Shown in pieces: positions 5,556-14,726 of a stretch of 46,216 nucleotides of DNA. Within the stretch, counting starts at the first letter, position 1. The number at the start of each line of letters is the position of its first letter. The translations under genes were made by a program, and so were the position numbers. The stretch is from a virus (lineage: Duplodnaviria > Caudoviricetes): positions 1 to 46,216 of IMG/VR virus record IMGVR_UViG_3300032212_000027; one strand, written 5' to 3'. Below the pieces are notes generated by a model. That model made no database searches. It saw nothing but the letters and a program-made list of their open reading frames with translations, and was not told the DNA's origin.

Positions 5556-7460
5556 CTACCTGATCCAATTAGGGTTTGTTGGTCTATCAGTAGTAGTTGT
5601 CCCAAGAGCGTTGTCTAGGAAGCTCTCTACTTCCCTGTCCCAAGCCTCTTCTCGAGAGGTCTTGAGGCCCTCATCGGCATCCCTGGCCATTTGGTCGGTC
5701 CAGTAAGCCACACCTATAGCCAACGCATCGAGCCTATCGTCGTACTTAAGGGCGCCTCTTTGATAGGAGACCCTAGTCATCTGATACACAAGCGTCTTGG
5801 CTATTCGTACCTCAGCGTCGTACTTCTGAGCTGAGTCGTAGTCGTCCTTGATGATGGACATGTCAAAGATAAGCTTGTGTCGAGCCATAACCGGCTCAAG
5901 CGTGTCAATGATACGTTTTTCTTTCTGGACGTGGTTCCTGACACCCTCCACGGTACACCTGTGGTACCGCTTAAGCACTGGCTTCAGCAACTCGATGTAC
6001 ATACCGTCACCGAAGTTGTCCTCTACCAGCACCAGATTGACATTGTCCTTAGCGGCTATCAGAGAAAGCTCTTTTAGGGTGTCATCGTCGTAACCCCCAG
6101 GTAAGCCCCCTGCCCGTCTCACGAACAGCTGGCCGTTGAGCATCTTAATGATAGCATACGAGGTCTCGTCCTTGCCCCTACCACTAGGGTCGATGGCCAT
6201 AACGCTACCGTCGTACTCTCTCCACTCCTGGGAAGCCCCAGCGTAGTGGAACATATGGTCTCCAGCCATGGCGACGTTAGGGACGTCTCTGATCTTCCTG
6301 GCTGGGTCAGGGAGCCACTCGACTTTCAGCGGTGCCCTCTCCGACTGCAGGTCCATAAACACCAGGTCCTTAACCTTAAGAGGGAACCTCTCCAGGTCGG
6401 TAAGTCTAGTGTTGAGCATGAACTGCAGAGCGAACCCAGCTTTACCGTAGTCCGCCTCACGTACCCTTAGGTCCTCAGCGTCGAACCGCTCAGGGTCGGT
6501 GGGTTCCCCCGCATGGTCGCCAGAGACTGCCAGGTCGTATGTCTTTTCAGCCAGGTTGCCTCTGTAGCTGTCCACAGCGTTCTTCTCAGGCACAAGCGCT
6601 GGCCACACCTTGATGGTGAATATCTCCGAGAGCTTGTTGTAGATACTATCTTCTGTCTGAGGTGTCCCCAGGAAGATAATCCTGGAGGACGGGAGCGGCT
6701 TCAGGACAGCACTGTACTCCTTAGTAAGGGCTATCAGCTTTTCCCGCATGTCAGCAGTCGCTGAGTTAGACACTACCTCCACGTCATCCGAGATAATGAT
6801 GTCGGCGCGTGAGCCAGTCAGCTGACCTGTGATACCAACCGACTTAACGCTTGGGCTTTGGTCAGCCGTGGCAGGTCCAACATCGAAGGATATCTTAGAG
6901 GCACGTTGGCCTTCCCTAGGCCGCAGGTGCCTGAGCATAGGAACCTCGATGATGAGCCTCATCAGGAAGGTCGAGAAGTCGTCAGCACGGATTTTCGTGG
7001 CTGATACCACCAGAATCTTCTTCTGGGGGTCCTTCCAAAGCTCCCAGAGGGCGTAGGCAGCCGTCAGAAACGACTTTCCTACCCCTCGGAAGGCCTGCAC
7101 ACAGATGCGATCTGGTCCAGTAGCAATAAACTTGGCAATATCGTACTGGGTAGGCGTAGGATCGGGAAGCGAGAGGTGCTTCCAGATGACCCAGGCGAAC
7201 TTCCTGAAGTCTTGGCGCAGGTCCTCAAGGCCCTCAGATGCCCCTGAGAGGCTCTCAGACGCTCCAGGAGAGCCGTCAGCAACTTTTTGGGGTCCTAGGT
7301 CCAAATCCGGAAGAACGCGCTCTGAGAGGGCCTTCTTGGCGCTTTTCTTTTTGTTCTTTGCCCGCTGAGCATTCCTGCAGGACCTGCAATAGTGCCTCCG
7401 AGGCTCGAAATCGGCCTTATCTTTGGTCTCTCCGCAGGCCTTGCAGGTTCTACTAGTCAT
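5556..7460 (-). CDS. terL: Terminase large subunit (T7 gp19-like) with N-terminal Cys4 extension
   Basis: AFRGVGKS Walker A, DIIISDDVE Walker B, IDPSGRGKDET and DDRLDAL nuclease motifs. Confidence 0.95.
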   Translation of the reverse strand: MTSRTCKACGETKDKADFEPRRHYCRSCRNAQRAKNKKKSAKKALSERVLPDLDLGPQKVADGSPGASESLSGASEGLEDLRQDFRKFAWVIWKHLSLPDPTPTQYDIAKFIATGPDRICVQAFRGVGKSFLTAAYALWELWKDPQKKILVVSATKIRADDFSTFLMRLIIEVPMLRHLRPREGQRASKISFDVGPATADQSPSVKSVGITGQLTGSRADIIISDDVEVVSNSATADMREKLIALTKEYSAVLKPLPSSRIIFLGTPQTEDSIYNKLSEIFTIKVWPALVPEKNAVDSYRGNLAEKTYDLAVSGDHAGEPTDPERFDAEDLRVREADYGKAGFALQFMLNTRLTDLERFPLKVKDLVFMDLQSERAPLKVEWLPDPARKIRDVPNVAMAGDHMFHYAGASQEWREYDGSVMAIDPSGRGKDETSYAIIKMLNGQLFVRRAGGLPGGYDDDTLKELSLIAAKDNVNLVLVEDNFGDGMYIELLKPVLKRYHRCTVEGVRNHVQKEKRIIDTLEPVMARHKLIFDMSIIKDDYDSAQKYDAEVRIAKTLVYQMTRVSYQRGALKYDDRLDALAIGVAYWTDQMARDADEGLKTSREEAWDREVESFLDNALGTTTTDRPTNPNWIR

Positions 7461-7806
7461 ATACCCACACCACAGGGATGGTGTCCCTGGTATCGACATG
7501 AATGAAGGTGTCAGCGATGCCTATTCCAGTGAACCCCAGCTCAAAAGCCAGCTTCAACAGGATATGCTTCTTTGAGGGGTTAATGCAGTGAAGATCAGCT
7601 GCAATGCCCTGTGCATGACTCCCTGGGCGGCTCTTGGCTGCCTCAATAGGATGAGAAGCGTCCCGATAGCCTGAGTTTACGATAATAGGGAAGCCAGCGC
7701 GGTGACGAAGCTCATCTAGCTTGCGCAGGAACTCTTTGTCCATGTCTACTTTGCCAGTATGGCTACATTTGAACTCTGAGAGCTTGAAATATCTAAGGCG
7801 GCTCAT
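7453..7806 (-). CDS. Peptidase M15A-type endolysin
   Basis: NSGYR...SHAQGIAAD...GIG...FIHVD motifs; SD GAGGAGG before ATG 7806. Confidence 0.85.
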   Translation of the reverse strand: MSRLRYFKLSEFKCSHTGKVDMDKEFLRKLDELRHRAGFPIIVNSGYRDASHPIEAAKSRPGSHAQGIAADLHCINPSKKHILLKLAFELGFTGIGIADTFIHVDTRDTIPVVWVYD

Positions 7807-8489
7807 ATGCCCTCCTCTAAGAACGCTATCACCCATGATTTGCAGATGCCGGAGCGGACGATGTCGTCAACGCCGAATTCGACTACTGGCACAGGGAGGT
7901 TCTGTCGTTTGATGATGTCGATCAGCTTCAGAAGCCCAGAATCGGGGCCTAGGTCGGTCTGGCGGACATCACCGTTAATTACACATACCGAACCTTCTGC
8001 CTGACGTGTAACGAAGGCTTTTAACTGGTGCAGGTCGGTATTTTGGGCTTCATCCAGTATGATGAAGGAGTTTTCAAAGGATTCGCCTCGGATGGTTTCC
8101 AAGGGCACAATCCTGATCTTTTTGCCCATTGCCTCGTCGAAATGGCCAGGTCCCATACGTCTCCGCATCACCGAGGTGATAGGAGATATCCAGGGGGCCA
8201 TTTTCTCTTCGAGTGTCCCAGGGAAGTAACCTATTGAGTCCCCTGCCCCCACATTGGGCCGCGTGAGGATAACCTGGGAGACACGCCCATCCATTAGGGC
8301 GTCAGCTGCAAGGGTGGCAGCTATATACGTCTTACCTGTACCAGCCGGTCCTAGACAGACTACCTGGGGAGAAGCTGCGATGGCCCTGATGTAATCAGCC
8401 TGGGCCACCGTCTTAGCGCTCAGCGGTGCTTTGTTACTTTGGTGGTTAGAGTACCGCTTAGTTGATCGACGTGATTTGGATTTTGCCAT
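7803..8489 (-). CDS. phoH: PhoH-family ATPase
   Basis: GPAGTGKT, IRGESFENSFIILDEAQN, GDVRQTD, DIVRSG motifs. Confidence 0.95.
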   Translation of the reverse strand: MAKSKSRRSTKRYSNHQSNKAPLSAKTVAQADYIRAIAASPQVVCLGPAGTGKTYIAATLAADALMDGRVSQVILTRPNVGAGDSIGYFPGTLEEKMAPWISPITSVMRRRMGPGHFDEAMGKKIRIVPLETIRGESFENSFIILDEAQNTDLHQLKAFVTRQAEGSVCVINGDVRQTDLGPDSGLLKLIDIIKRQNLPVPVVEFGVDDIVRSGICKSWVIAFLEEGI

Positions 8490-8494
8490 TTGGT

Positions 8495-8719
8495 TTAATG
8501 AAGCTCATCTTGTTCTGTGAATTCAGGTAACTGGGATGCAAGCTCACCAAGTGGGTTTTCCTGGGTGGGCATGGCTTCTATGCCATTGTCTTTCAGCATC
8601 TTGAGGGCAGCTGTAAGCTCGGCGGGGGTAGCCTCCCCAGACTTAACTCGTCTGAGGAGGTCCTTAGCTGTCGCCACATGCAGGTCCTCAAGAACCTTAT
8701 TGATCGCGGCGTTGTCCAT
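8495..8719 (-). CDS. terS: Terminase small subunit (gp18-like)
   Basis: LH...A.DLL.RVKSGEATPAEL..A.K.LKDNGI motif typical of T7-like TerS. Confidence 0.85.
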   Translation of the reverse strand: MDNAAINKVLEDLHVATAKDLLRRVKSGEATPAELTAALKMLKDNGIEAMPTQENPLGELASQLPEFTEQDELH

Positions 8720-8927
8720 GATCAGGTCTTTCTGGGGTGTGAATAGTGAGAAGAAGGTCTAGCTTTGAGTTAACCCCAAAAAGCTCGCCTTCTATTTTGG
8801 CCATCCTGTTCGAAATAAGTAGACGGTCTCTGAACCAAGCACCCACGACGCCTAAGAGCATCGCAAATGCTGCCAGCCCCTCCACCACCCAATCGTTGGA
8901 GGGGGGGCCAGACATGTTGTCGGCCAT
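8697..8927 (-). CDS. Putative holin-like single-TM protein
   Basis: One TM segment plus coiled-coil-like tail; sits at the gp17.5 position before TerS. Confidence 0.5.
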   Translation of the reverse strand: MADNMSGPPSNDWVVEGLAAFAMLLGVVGAWFRDRLLISNRMAKIEGELFGVNSKLDLLLTIHTPERPDHGQRRDQ

Positions 8928-9184
8928 TAGCCTACTTCAGGGAGATCAGGCCACTCGACATCCTCAGGGGACTCGAAGGCATCTGTAATATCTCGGAGGG
9001 CCTTGCGGTATAGCCAGACTTCGGCCCGCGTCAGCATAGTGCGCTGAGCAGGGTTGTCTGCAAGAACCAGGTAGTCACTTTCCGCCAAGAGCACGTTCCG
9101 CTCAAGCCGGACAGCGTCTCCCTCCTCGCTGTCCCAAGGATCAACAGGCTCCTCAACGACAGGAGCTTCAGGGGTATCAGTCAT
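8927..9184 (-). CDS. Tail fibre assembly chaperone-like protein
   Basis: R.ERN.LLAESD...L.D.P...W..YR.ALRDIT...P..V.WP motif; directly follows the fibre gene. Confidence 0.8.
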   Translation of the reverse strand: MTDTPEAPVVEEPVDPWDSEEGDAVRLERNVLLAESDYLVLADNPAQRTMLTRAEVWLYRKALRDITDAFESPEDVEWPDLPEVG

Positions 9185-9222
9185 GGGTTGGTCTTTCTGT
9201 AAGGGTTTAAGGTTATAGAGGA

Positions 9223-12200
9223 TTACTCATTCTGGTTGTCGCGGGCTTCAAGAAGCTCGAGCTGACACTCGATATCCTTCATCCACCAGCCACCGTCCAG
9301 AGGATCGTCCACGCCCACCATTTCAGTGGCAGACGCGTTCCTTTTCAGGCCAACAATAGAGGCCTTGTAGTCATAGGTTCCTGCGGAGTGAACATCATCA
9401 ATGGCCCTCACTTTCTTGGAGACGATGAGAGGCAAATCGATATAACTGGAGGTTCCTGTCAGGATGTGGTCGTAGATGATCTCCTCGTGGACCACTGTGG
9501 TTCCTCGGAAGATCACTAGTTTCAACACAAGGCCAAATGAACCCTGGGTGTTGTATATCCGCATTCTGGTGGCAGTAGACGACTCCAGAAGAGCAGGAGA
9601 GAAGGTCAACTTTGCGACCACTCTACTATCTTCTTTGACCGTGAAGCTTGACACAGTAACCAGATCGAGGGTGTCGGCCTCATAGTCATTCCATGTTCCT
9701 GAACCAACAGAAGGGGTGCTTACCTCTCCCTTGATGTTCAGTACCGACTGAGGAGCAAGTTTCTCACTGTCGATCTCCAGGTTACCAATCTTCAAGTTGG
9801 TGATAGAGGCGTCCTCAATCATCGCGTTGGAGATGTAGGTCACGCCGCCGACAACAGCAAACGGGGAGATAGGTGTTCCCCCAGGTGCCGCTGGGTCAAC
9901 CACCAGGAACTTATCGGCCAGAATAGCGAACTCAGAGGAGGTCCCAGAGTTCGACAGACCGAAGCCGGAGATACGCCCGTTTACCTCGGTCTTCAGGGTG
10001 TAGAAAGCGTTCACGTCACCGTTGGTGTCCACAAGCACGTCGCGGACCTCCGTGAGGGTAGCAGACTGCTCCTCCAACTCGGTCACATTCTCGAACTCAT
10101 AAGAGAGCATGTTGCCCTCTGAGGTCTGCCCGTCTACACCGTTCAGGTAACAGTAAGGCCGCACATAGTAGCATCCGGCGGCTACGGTGCCTTCCATAAC
10201 TACTTGAACAAGCCCGTCTGTAACATTGTGGTATACAGAGGCTCCTGTTATGCCCGAAGTAACCGCTGTGTCCCCGGTTTCGCCGAAGCCATACACGCCT
10301 CCAGTGGAGAGCATATCTCCTCCAGCTCCGTTTGCGGAGACATAGGTGGAGAAAGTCAGGCGCACTTTGTCGCCAGGGCTAACTCTGGAAGCAGGCGGCA
10401 CGAAGTAGCCTTTTGTGGAGGCCCGCCATGCCTGGCCGTAAGGTGTAGAAGTAAGCACCCCATAGGAGAACGCCCAGAAGTCGATGTCGGTGGAGGAAAT
10501 AGAGGTTCCCCACGCGTCTTCGTCTGCTGCGGTTATCTTAAAGTTAGCACCAGAGGCACCAGAGGCTCTAACTCTGGCAGACAGCTGGCTAACTATAGTG
10601 GACCTAGCGGTGTTTGCGGTTGTAATAGACCCAGAGTTGGTGATTATGTCCGCCTCTGCGTCACCCATTCGGGTAGTAAGGGCGGTTATAAGATCAGCGT
10701 TAGCTTGGTCTCCATCAGAGGAGGCCTGGGACAGGGTTGATATTGTTGCGTCGATGACCTCTTCTCGGGAGATGTTGGTGTATGACATACCATGCAGGTT
10801 TGCCAAGGCATCGTCGTTGGTGTTGTTGTTGTTGTAGCAGTAGCCTTTTAAGTAATAGACCCCTGCAGGAACAACAAACTCGGTCTGGATATAAACTGAC
10901 TCATCAATCACCGTGACAGTCTGGTTAAATGCCCCAACACCGCCAACATAGGCTCCGTCCTCATCGTAAGTGTAGTTAGAGCCGGTGAATCCTGATCCAG
11001 AGTTGGTCCCGCCCGAGGACAGGGAGACACGCCAGGTGCAAAGTATAGTGTCCCCTGGAGACACAGCAAAGGGCGCCCCAGAAGCGATATACAGTTTAAA
11101 ATTAGCTTGATAGCCAGTTCCAGAAGCGGTGGACACCCTGCGGACAGGGTCGATGTTCGACCGAGCCGTCATGGGGTCGCCGATTGAGAGCGAGAAATCT
11201 TCCAACACGGCCACATCGTAAGAGACGTCTCCGCCGTTCCTCCCCCGTGCCTCAGCTTCCTCCAGGAAACGGGTAGACAACTGCGTGAAAGCTGTGGTCC
11301 TGGCTCCTGTTTCTGTTGAGATAGCGTTTGTGTTGGAGATCACGTCCGCTTCGGCGTCACCCATCCGGGTATCCAAGCCTGTTATAAGCGAGGACTGCGC
11401 CGCGTCAGCGTTAACAAGAGTGTCTTGAACAGAAGTCAGAGACGCCTGTGCAGCGGCCTCAGCGTTATACGCGGCGTTGATGTTACGGAACTCAAGCCCG
11501 TAGTAGACTGTGGTGCTGTCTTCAGGGGACGTAAGGTTTGCGTAGGCATACGGCCAGAGATAGTAGGTCCCGGCAGGTACAGTGTACTCGCCTTCTAGCT
11601 CCCAGCGACCGTCGGCAACTGTCTTCTTGACATTGGCTTCACCAAGAGCGACACCGGCAATATACACTCCGTCCTTATCGAAGGCGTAAGCGTAGCTGCC
11701 TACTGTACCGCCAGACTGAGTACCGTCTGCGGTAACCTCCCCTGACCATCGAGACTCGATCAAGTCTCCAGGCTTGACAGCAATAGGTGCCCGAGTTGCC
11801 GCATATCCCTGCGAAGAGATTTGCCAGACGCTGACCCCGTTGTATGCCGTAACGCGGGTGGTAGGGGTCCTCGCTGTAAAAGTCGAGCTGACCATGTCTC
11901 CCCAGAGGTCTTCGTCAGCAAACGTAGCTACAAAGTCTCCTATACCTGAGGCAGACTCAGCAACGCCGCCAAAGCGAGAAGTAATGACACTGTATTGACC
12001 CGTGCGCACATCTGTCTCGGTGGCGATGGCTCCAGTGTTGGTTACTATCGCTCCTTCTGCGTCCCCCATACGAACGGTGAGGGCCGAAGTGGCGTCTGCG
12101 TTTACTTGGTCAGCAGCAGATCGGACACCTTGCTCAGTGATGATAGCAGCGGCCCGCACACTCTCTTCGGTATCTATTTCAGCCTGGAGGGCATTGAACT

Positions 12201-14709
12201 GGACGACCCTTGCGTCTGTCTCAGTTACAACCGCAGCTGCGTTGGTGATAACAGAGCCTTCTGCAGTACCTAGGCGGGCATCAAGCCCGTTGATAGAGCT
12301 TACCTGAGCAGAGTCAGCGGCAACCCTTGCGTTCTCTTCGGAAACAATAGCAGCATTAGCCGTATCTAGGGACGTTTGGAGAGCGCTTACCGCTGTAGTT
12401 CTGGCGCTAGTCTCGGTGGTGATTGCCGTGGCGTTAGTTACAATACCCGCCTCTGCGTCACCTGTTCGGGTAGTAAGAGCGGTTATATCGCTCGCAAGAG
12501 CAGAATCAGCGTTAACCCTGGCGGTCTGTTCCGACAAGACCGAAGCTACTATTCCAGTCTCCTTGGTTAGGTTGTCCAGCGCAAGAGAGAACACGATGCA
12601 CTCAGCATCCTCAGGGGCCACATTGTTTACATATATGTACGGCCTGATGTAGAACACACCAGCCGGAACAACAGCTTCTTCCTCAATGTCCACATAGCCA
12701 TCAGCTACTGTCAGCTTCTGCCCAGAGCCGAAAGCCATTGCTGTCAAGTGGCTGGTGGGAGTATCGTGACCATAGGCATAGGATTGGAAGGTTCCTCCTG
12801 ACTGGGTGCCATCGGCGCCGACCGCAACCCGCCAGCGAACCCTGATGGTGTCACCGGGCTGCACAGCGATGCCATAGCGAGGACCCACGTACTTTTTAGC
12901 GGACGCCACGAACGCAGGAAGACCTGCCGACGCCCCGATAAGGGAGGAGGCATCCAAGTAGAAGTCCATGTCGGTATATGAGACACCCAGGGACCAGCTA
13001 TCAGGGCGGCTAAAGGTCAACGTGAAATCGTCTGCTCGGAGGTCGCCCTCGTCGTTGTCGTCCATCCGCGCTGTAAGCGCCGTGAACTGAGTGGTTGTTG
13101 CTCCATCTAGATTGGAAATAGCTGTTGCGTTTGTACCTATTGAGGCAAGGTTTCCGTCAACCTGCGTCTGCAGCCCCGAGATGGCCGACACCCGGGCGGA
13201 GGTCTCGGTCGCAAGTGCGGTGTTTACCGTAACCAACCCAGCAGTGTTGGTATCTACTTCTGCCGTCAATGCAGTCAAAGACGTGGAGAGAGCAGAGTCA
13301 GCATCTGACCTGGCTGTCTGCTCAGTGACTATAGCGGCAGCGTTGGCATCCACGGAGGCAGTCAAAGCGGTAATAGCCGACGCCCTCGCAGACGACTCAG
13401 TAGAGATCGCCGTGGAATTAGAGAGCACCCCGGCAGCGTTGGCGTCCACCTGAGTCTGGAGACCGCTTATCGCGGTTGCTCTGGCAGAAGACTCCGTGGT
13501 TATAGCGGCGTTAGCTGTAGTGATGTCAGCCGAATTGCCGTCCACCTGCGCTGTGATGTTTGTAATCTGGGTAGCGAAAGCGTCGTCGGCGGATACCCTA
13601 GCAGTGGTTTCTGTGGCTATCTGGGCAAGGGCATCAGCAATGCGGGCATCGTCTGTTGCGACCCAGTTAACTCCGTCAAACCGATAGGCTTGGTTGTTGT
13701 CGTCAGTGTCAAACCAAAGATCGCCCTCTTCCATTCCTGTAAGAGGCTCAGTGGCCTGGCTGAAGGTCCTTACCCGGTTGGCTGCGGCTGACACAACGGT
13801 CAACTGGCTTGCCAGGGCATCGTCACCATCGACCCTAGCTGTGGTCTCAGTGGCAATAAGAGCTGAGTTGTCCCCAACAGAGGCTACTACAGCGTCTACC
13901 TGGGTTTGGAGGGAAACGTCCTCTCCTTGGCGATCCAGGATTTCCTGGGCAAGACCGGCAGCGTTCGCCTGGACAGCGTTGGTCCTGTCGGTGACCTCTT
14001 GGGCAAGGGCGGTAGTCACCCCGGAAACACCCGCAATCCTATCAGCAATCTCTTGGGTAAGAGCAGCATCTAGGGCCGTCAGGTTGGAGATATCCGCATC
14101 GACCTGGGTCTGGATATTCGATATATCAGCTGCTCGGGCAGCAGCCTCAGTTGTAAGGTCGGCCAGCCTCGCCGCTGCTTCTGCGTTCACAGCGTCAATC
14201 CGCGCCTGCGTCTCAGTGGCCAATGCCGCAATCCGAGCGGTAGACTCGTCTATGATTGCCTGGGCGTTGACCGAAGTATCGTTGAGCAGCTGGTCGATGA
14301 TCGGGCTATCAATAACCGCTTGGGCAAGAAGGTTGTTGATGTCTGTGACAGTAATCCCGTCACCAGGAGTAACCAGGGTACCCCCTAGTCCACCAATCCC
14401 CTGCTCCCAGAGTTCCTGGAGAGAGTACCAGAACTGATCATTCTGGGTATTGAGATCGGCGGACTTGATTGGGGAGCCTGAGGTGTACTGAGTGGTCTTG
14501 GAGAACAGCCCAGTCAGCCTTCGGATAACTAGGTCACCTGTGGGTGCCTCCAGAAACGTGACGTCCCCCTCGCCTACTGTGTAGTCGTTAGGGTCTACGT
14601 CAGCTCCATCAATGAAACACTTAACATCAGCTGGATATACGTATTGAAAAGGAAAGGTATAGACAGTCTGAACCCCTGTCTGTGCGGGGTATGACACAAA
14701 TGTAGTCAT
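9223..14709 (-). CDS. Long tail fibre/receptor-binding protein: T7 gp17-type N-terminus, coiled coils, four repeated beta domains, DUF1983-like region
   Basis: YTFPFQY...DVK..IDG...IRRLT...LN N-terminus; NGRISGFGL...FAILADKF...PFAV.GG.TYISNA.I motif near C-terminus. Confidence 0.9.
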   Translation of the reverse strand: MTTFVSYPAQTGVQTVYTFPFQYVYPADVKCFIDGADVDPNDYTVGEGDVTFLEAPTGDLVIRRLTGLFSKTTQYTSGSPIKSADLNTQNDQFWYSLQELWEQGIGGLGGTLVTPGDGITVTDINNLLAQAVIDSPIIDQLLNDTSVNAQAIIDESTARIAALATETQARIDAVNAEAAARLADLTTEAAARAADISNIQTQVDADISNLTALDAALTQEIADRIAGVSGVTTALAQEVTDRTNAVQANAAGLAQEILDRQGEDVSLQTQVDAVVASVGDNSALIATETTARVDGDDALASQLTVVSAAANRVRTFSQATEPLTGMEEGDLWFDTDDNNQAYRFDGVNWVATDDARIADALAQIATETTARVSADDAFATQITNITAQVDGNSADITTANAAITTESSARATAISGLQTQVDANAAGVLSNSTAISTESSARASAITALTASVDANAAAIVTEQTARSDADSALSTSLTALTAEVDTNTAGLVTVNTALATETSARVSAISGLQTQVDGNLASIGTNATAISNLDGATTTQFTALTARMDDNDEGDLRADDFTLTFSRPDSWSLGVSYTDMDFYLDASSLIGASAGLPAFVASAKKYVGPRYGIAVQPGDTIRVRWRVAVGADGTQSGGTFQSYAYGHDTPTSHLTAMAFGSGQKLTVADGYVDIEEEAVVPAGVFYIRPYIYVNNVAPEDAECIVFSLALDNLTKETGIVASVLSEQTARVNADSALASDITALTTRTGDAEAGIVTNATAITTETSARTTAVSALQTSLDTANAAIVSEENARVAADSAQVSSINGLDARLGTAEGSVITNAAAVVTETDARVVQFNALQAEIDTEESVRAAAIITEQGVRSAADQVNADATSALTVRMGDAEGAIVTNTGAIATETDVRTGQYSVITSRFGGVAESASGIGDFVATFADEDLWGDMVSSTFTARTPTTRVTAYNGVSVWQISSQGYAATRAPIAVKPGDLIESRWSGEVTADGTQSGGTVGSYAYAFDKDGVYIAGVALGEANVKKTVADGRWELEGEYTVPAGTYYLWPYAYANLTSPEDSTTVYYGLEFRNINAAYNAEAAAQASLTSVQDTLVNADAAQSSLITGLDTRMGDAEADVISNTNAISTETGARTTAFTQLSTRFLEEAEARGRNGGDVSYDVAVLEDFSLSIGDPMTARSNIDPVRRVSTASGTGYQANFKLYIASGAPFAVSPGDTILCTWRVSLSSGGTNSGSGFTGSNYTYDEDGAYVGGVGAFNQTVTVIDESVYIQTEFVVPAGVYYLKGYCYNNNNTNDDALANLHGMSYTNISREEVIDATISTLSQASSDGDQANADLITALTTRMGDAEADIITNSGSITTANTARSTIVSQLSARVRASGASGANFKITAADEDAWGTSISSTDIDFWAFSYGVLTSTPYGQAWRASTKGYFVPPASRVSPGDKVRLTFSTYVSANGAGGDMLSTGGVYGFGETGDTAVTSGITGASVYHNVTDGLVQVVMEGTVAAGCYYVRPYCYLNGVDGQTSEGNMLSYEFENVTELEEQSATLTEVRDVLVDTNGDVNAFYTLKTEVNGRISGFGLSNSGTSSEFAILADKFLVVDPAAPGGTPISPFAVVGGVTYISNAMIEDASITNLKIGNLEIDSEKLAPQSVLNIKGEVSTPSVGSGTWNDYEADTLDLVTVSSFTVKEDSRVVAKLTFSPALLESSTATRMRIYNTQGSFGLVLKLVIFRGTTVVHEEIIYDHILTGTSSYIDLPLIVSKKVRAIDDVHSAGTYDYKASIVGLKRNASATEMVGVDDPLDGGWWMKDIECQLELLEARDNQNE

Positions 14710-14726
14710 TGATTGATCCGTATCAG

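Noticed and set aside
9223-10000. Diversity-generating retroelement target at the fibre tip
   Set aside because: No reverse transcriptase and no template/variable repeat pair seen in the window
13091-14437. Long Ala/Ser/Val-rich plus-strand ORFs opposite the tail fibre (also those opposite gp16, RNR, DNA pol and SSB)
   Set aside because: Antisense shadows of well-supported minus-strand genes
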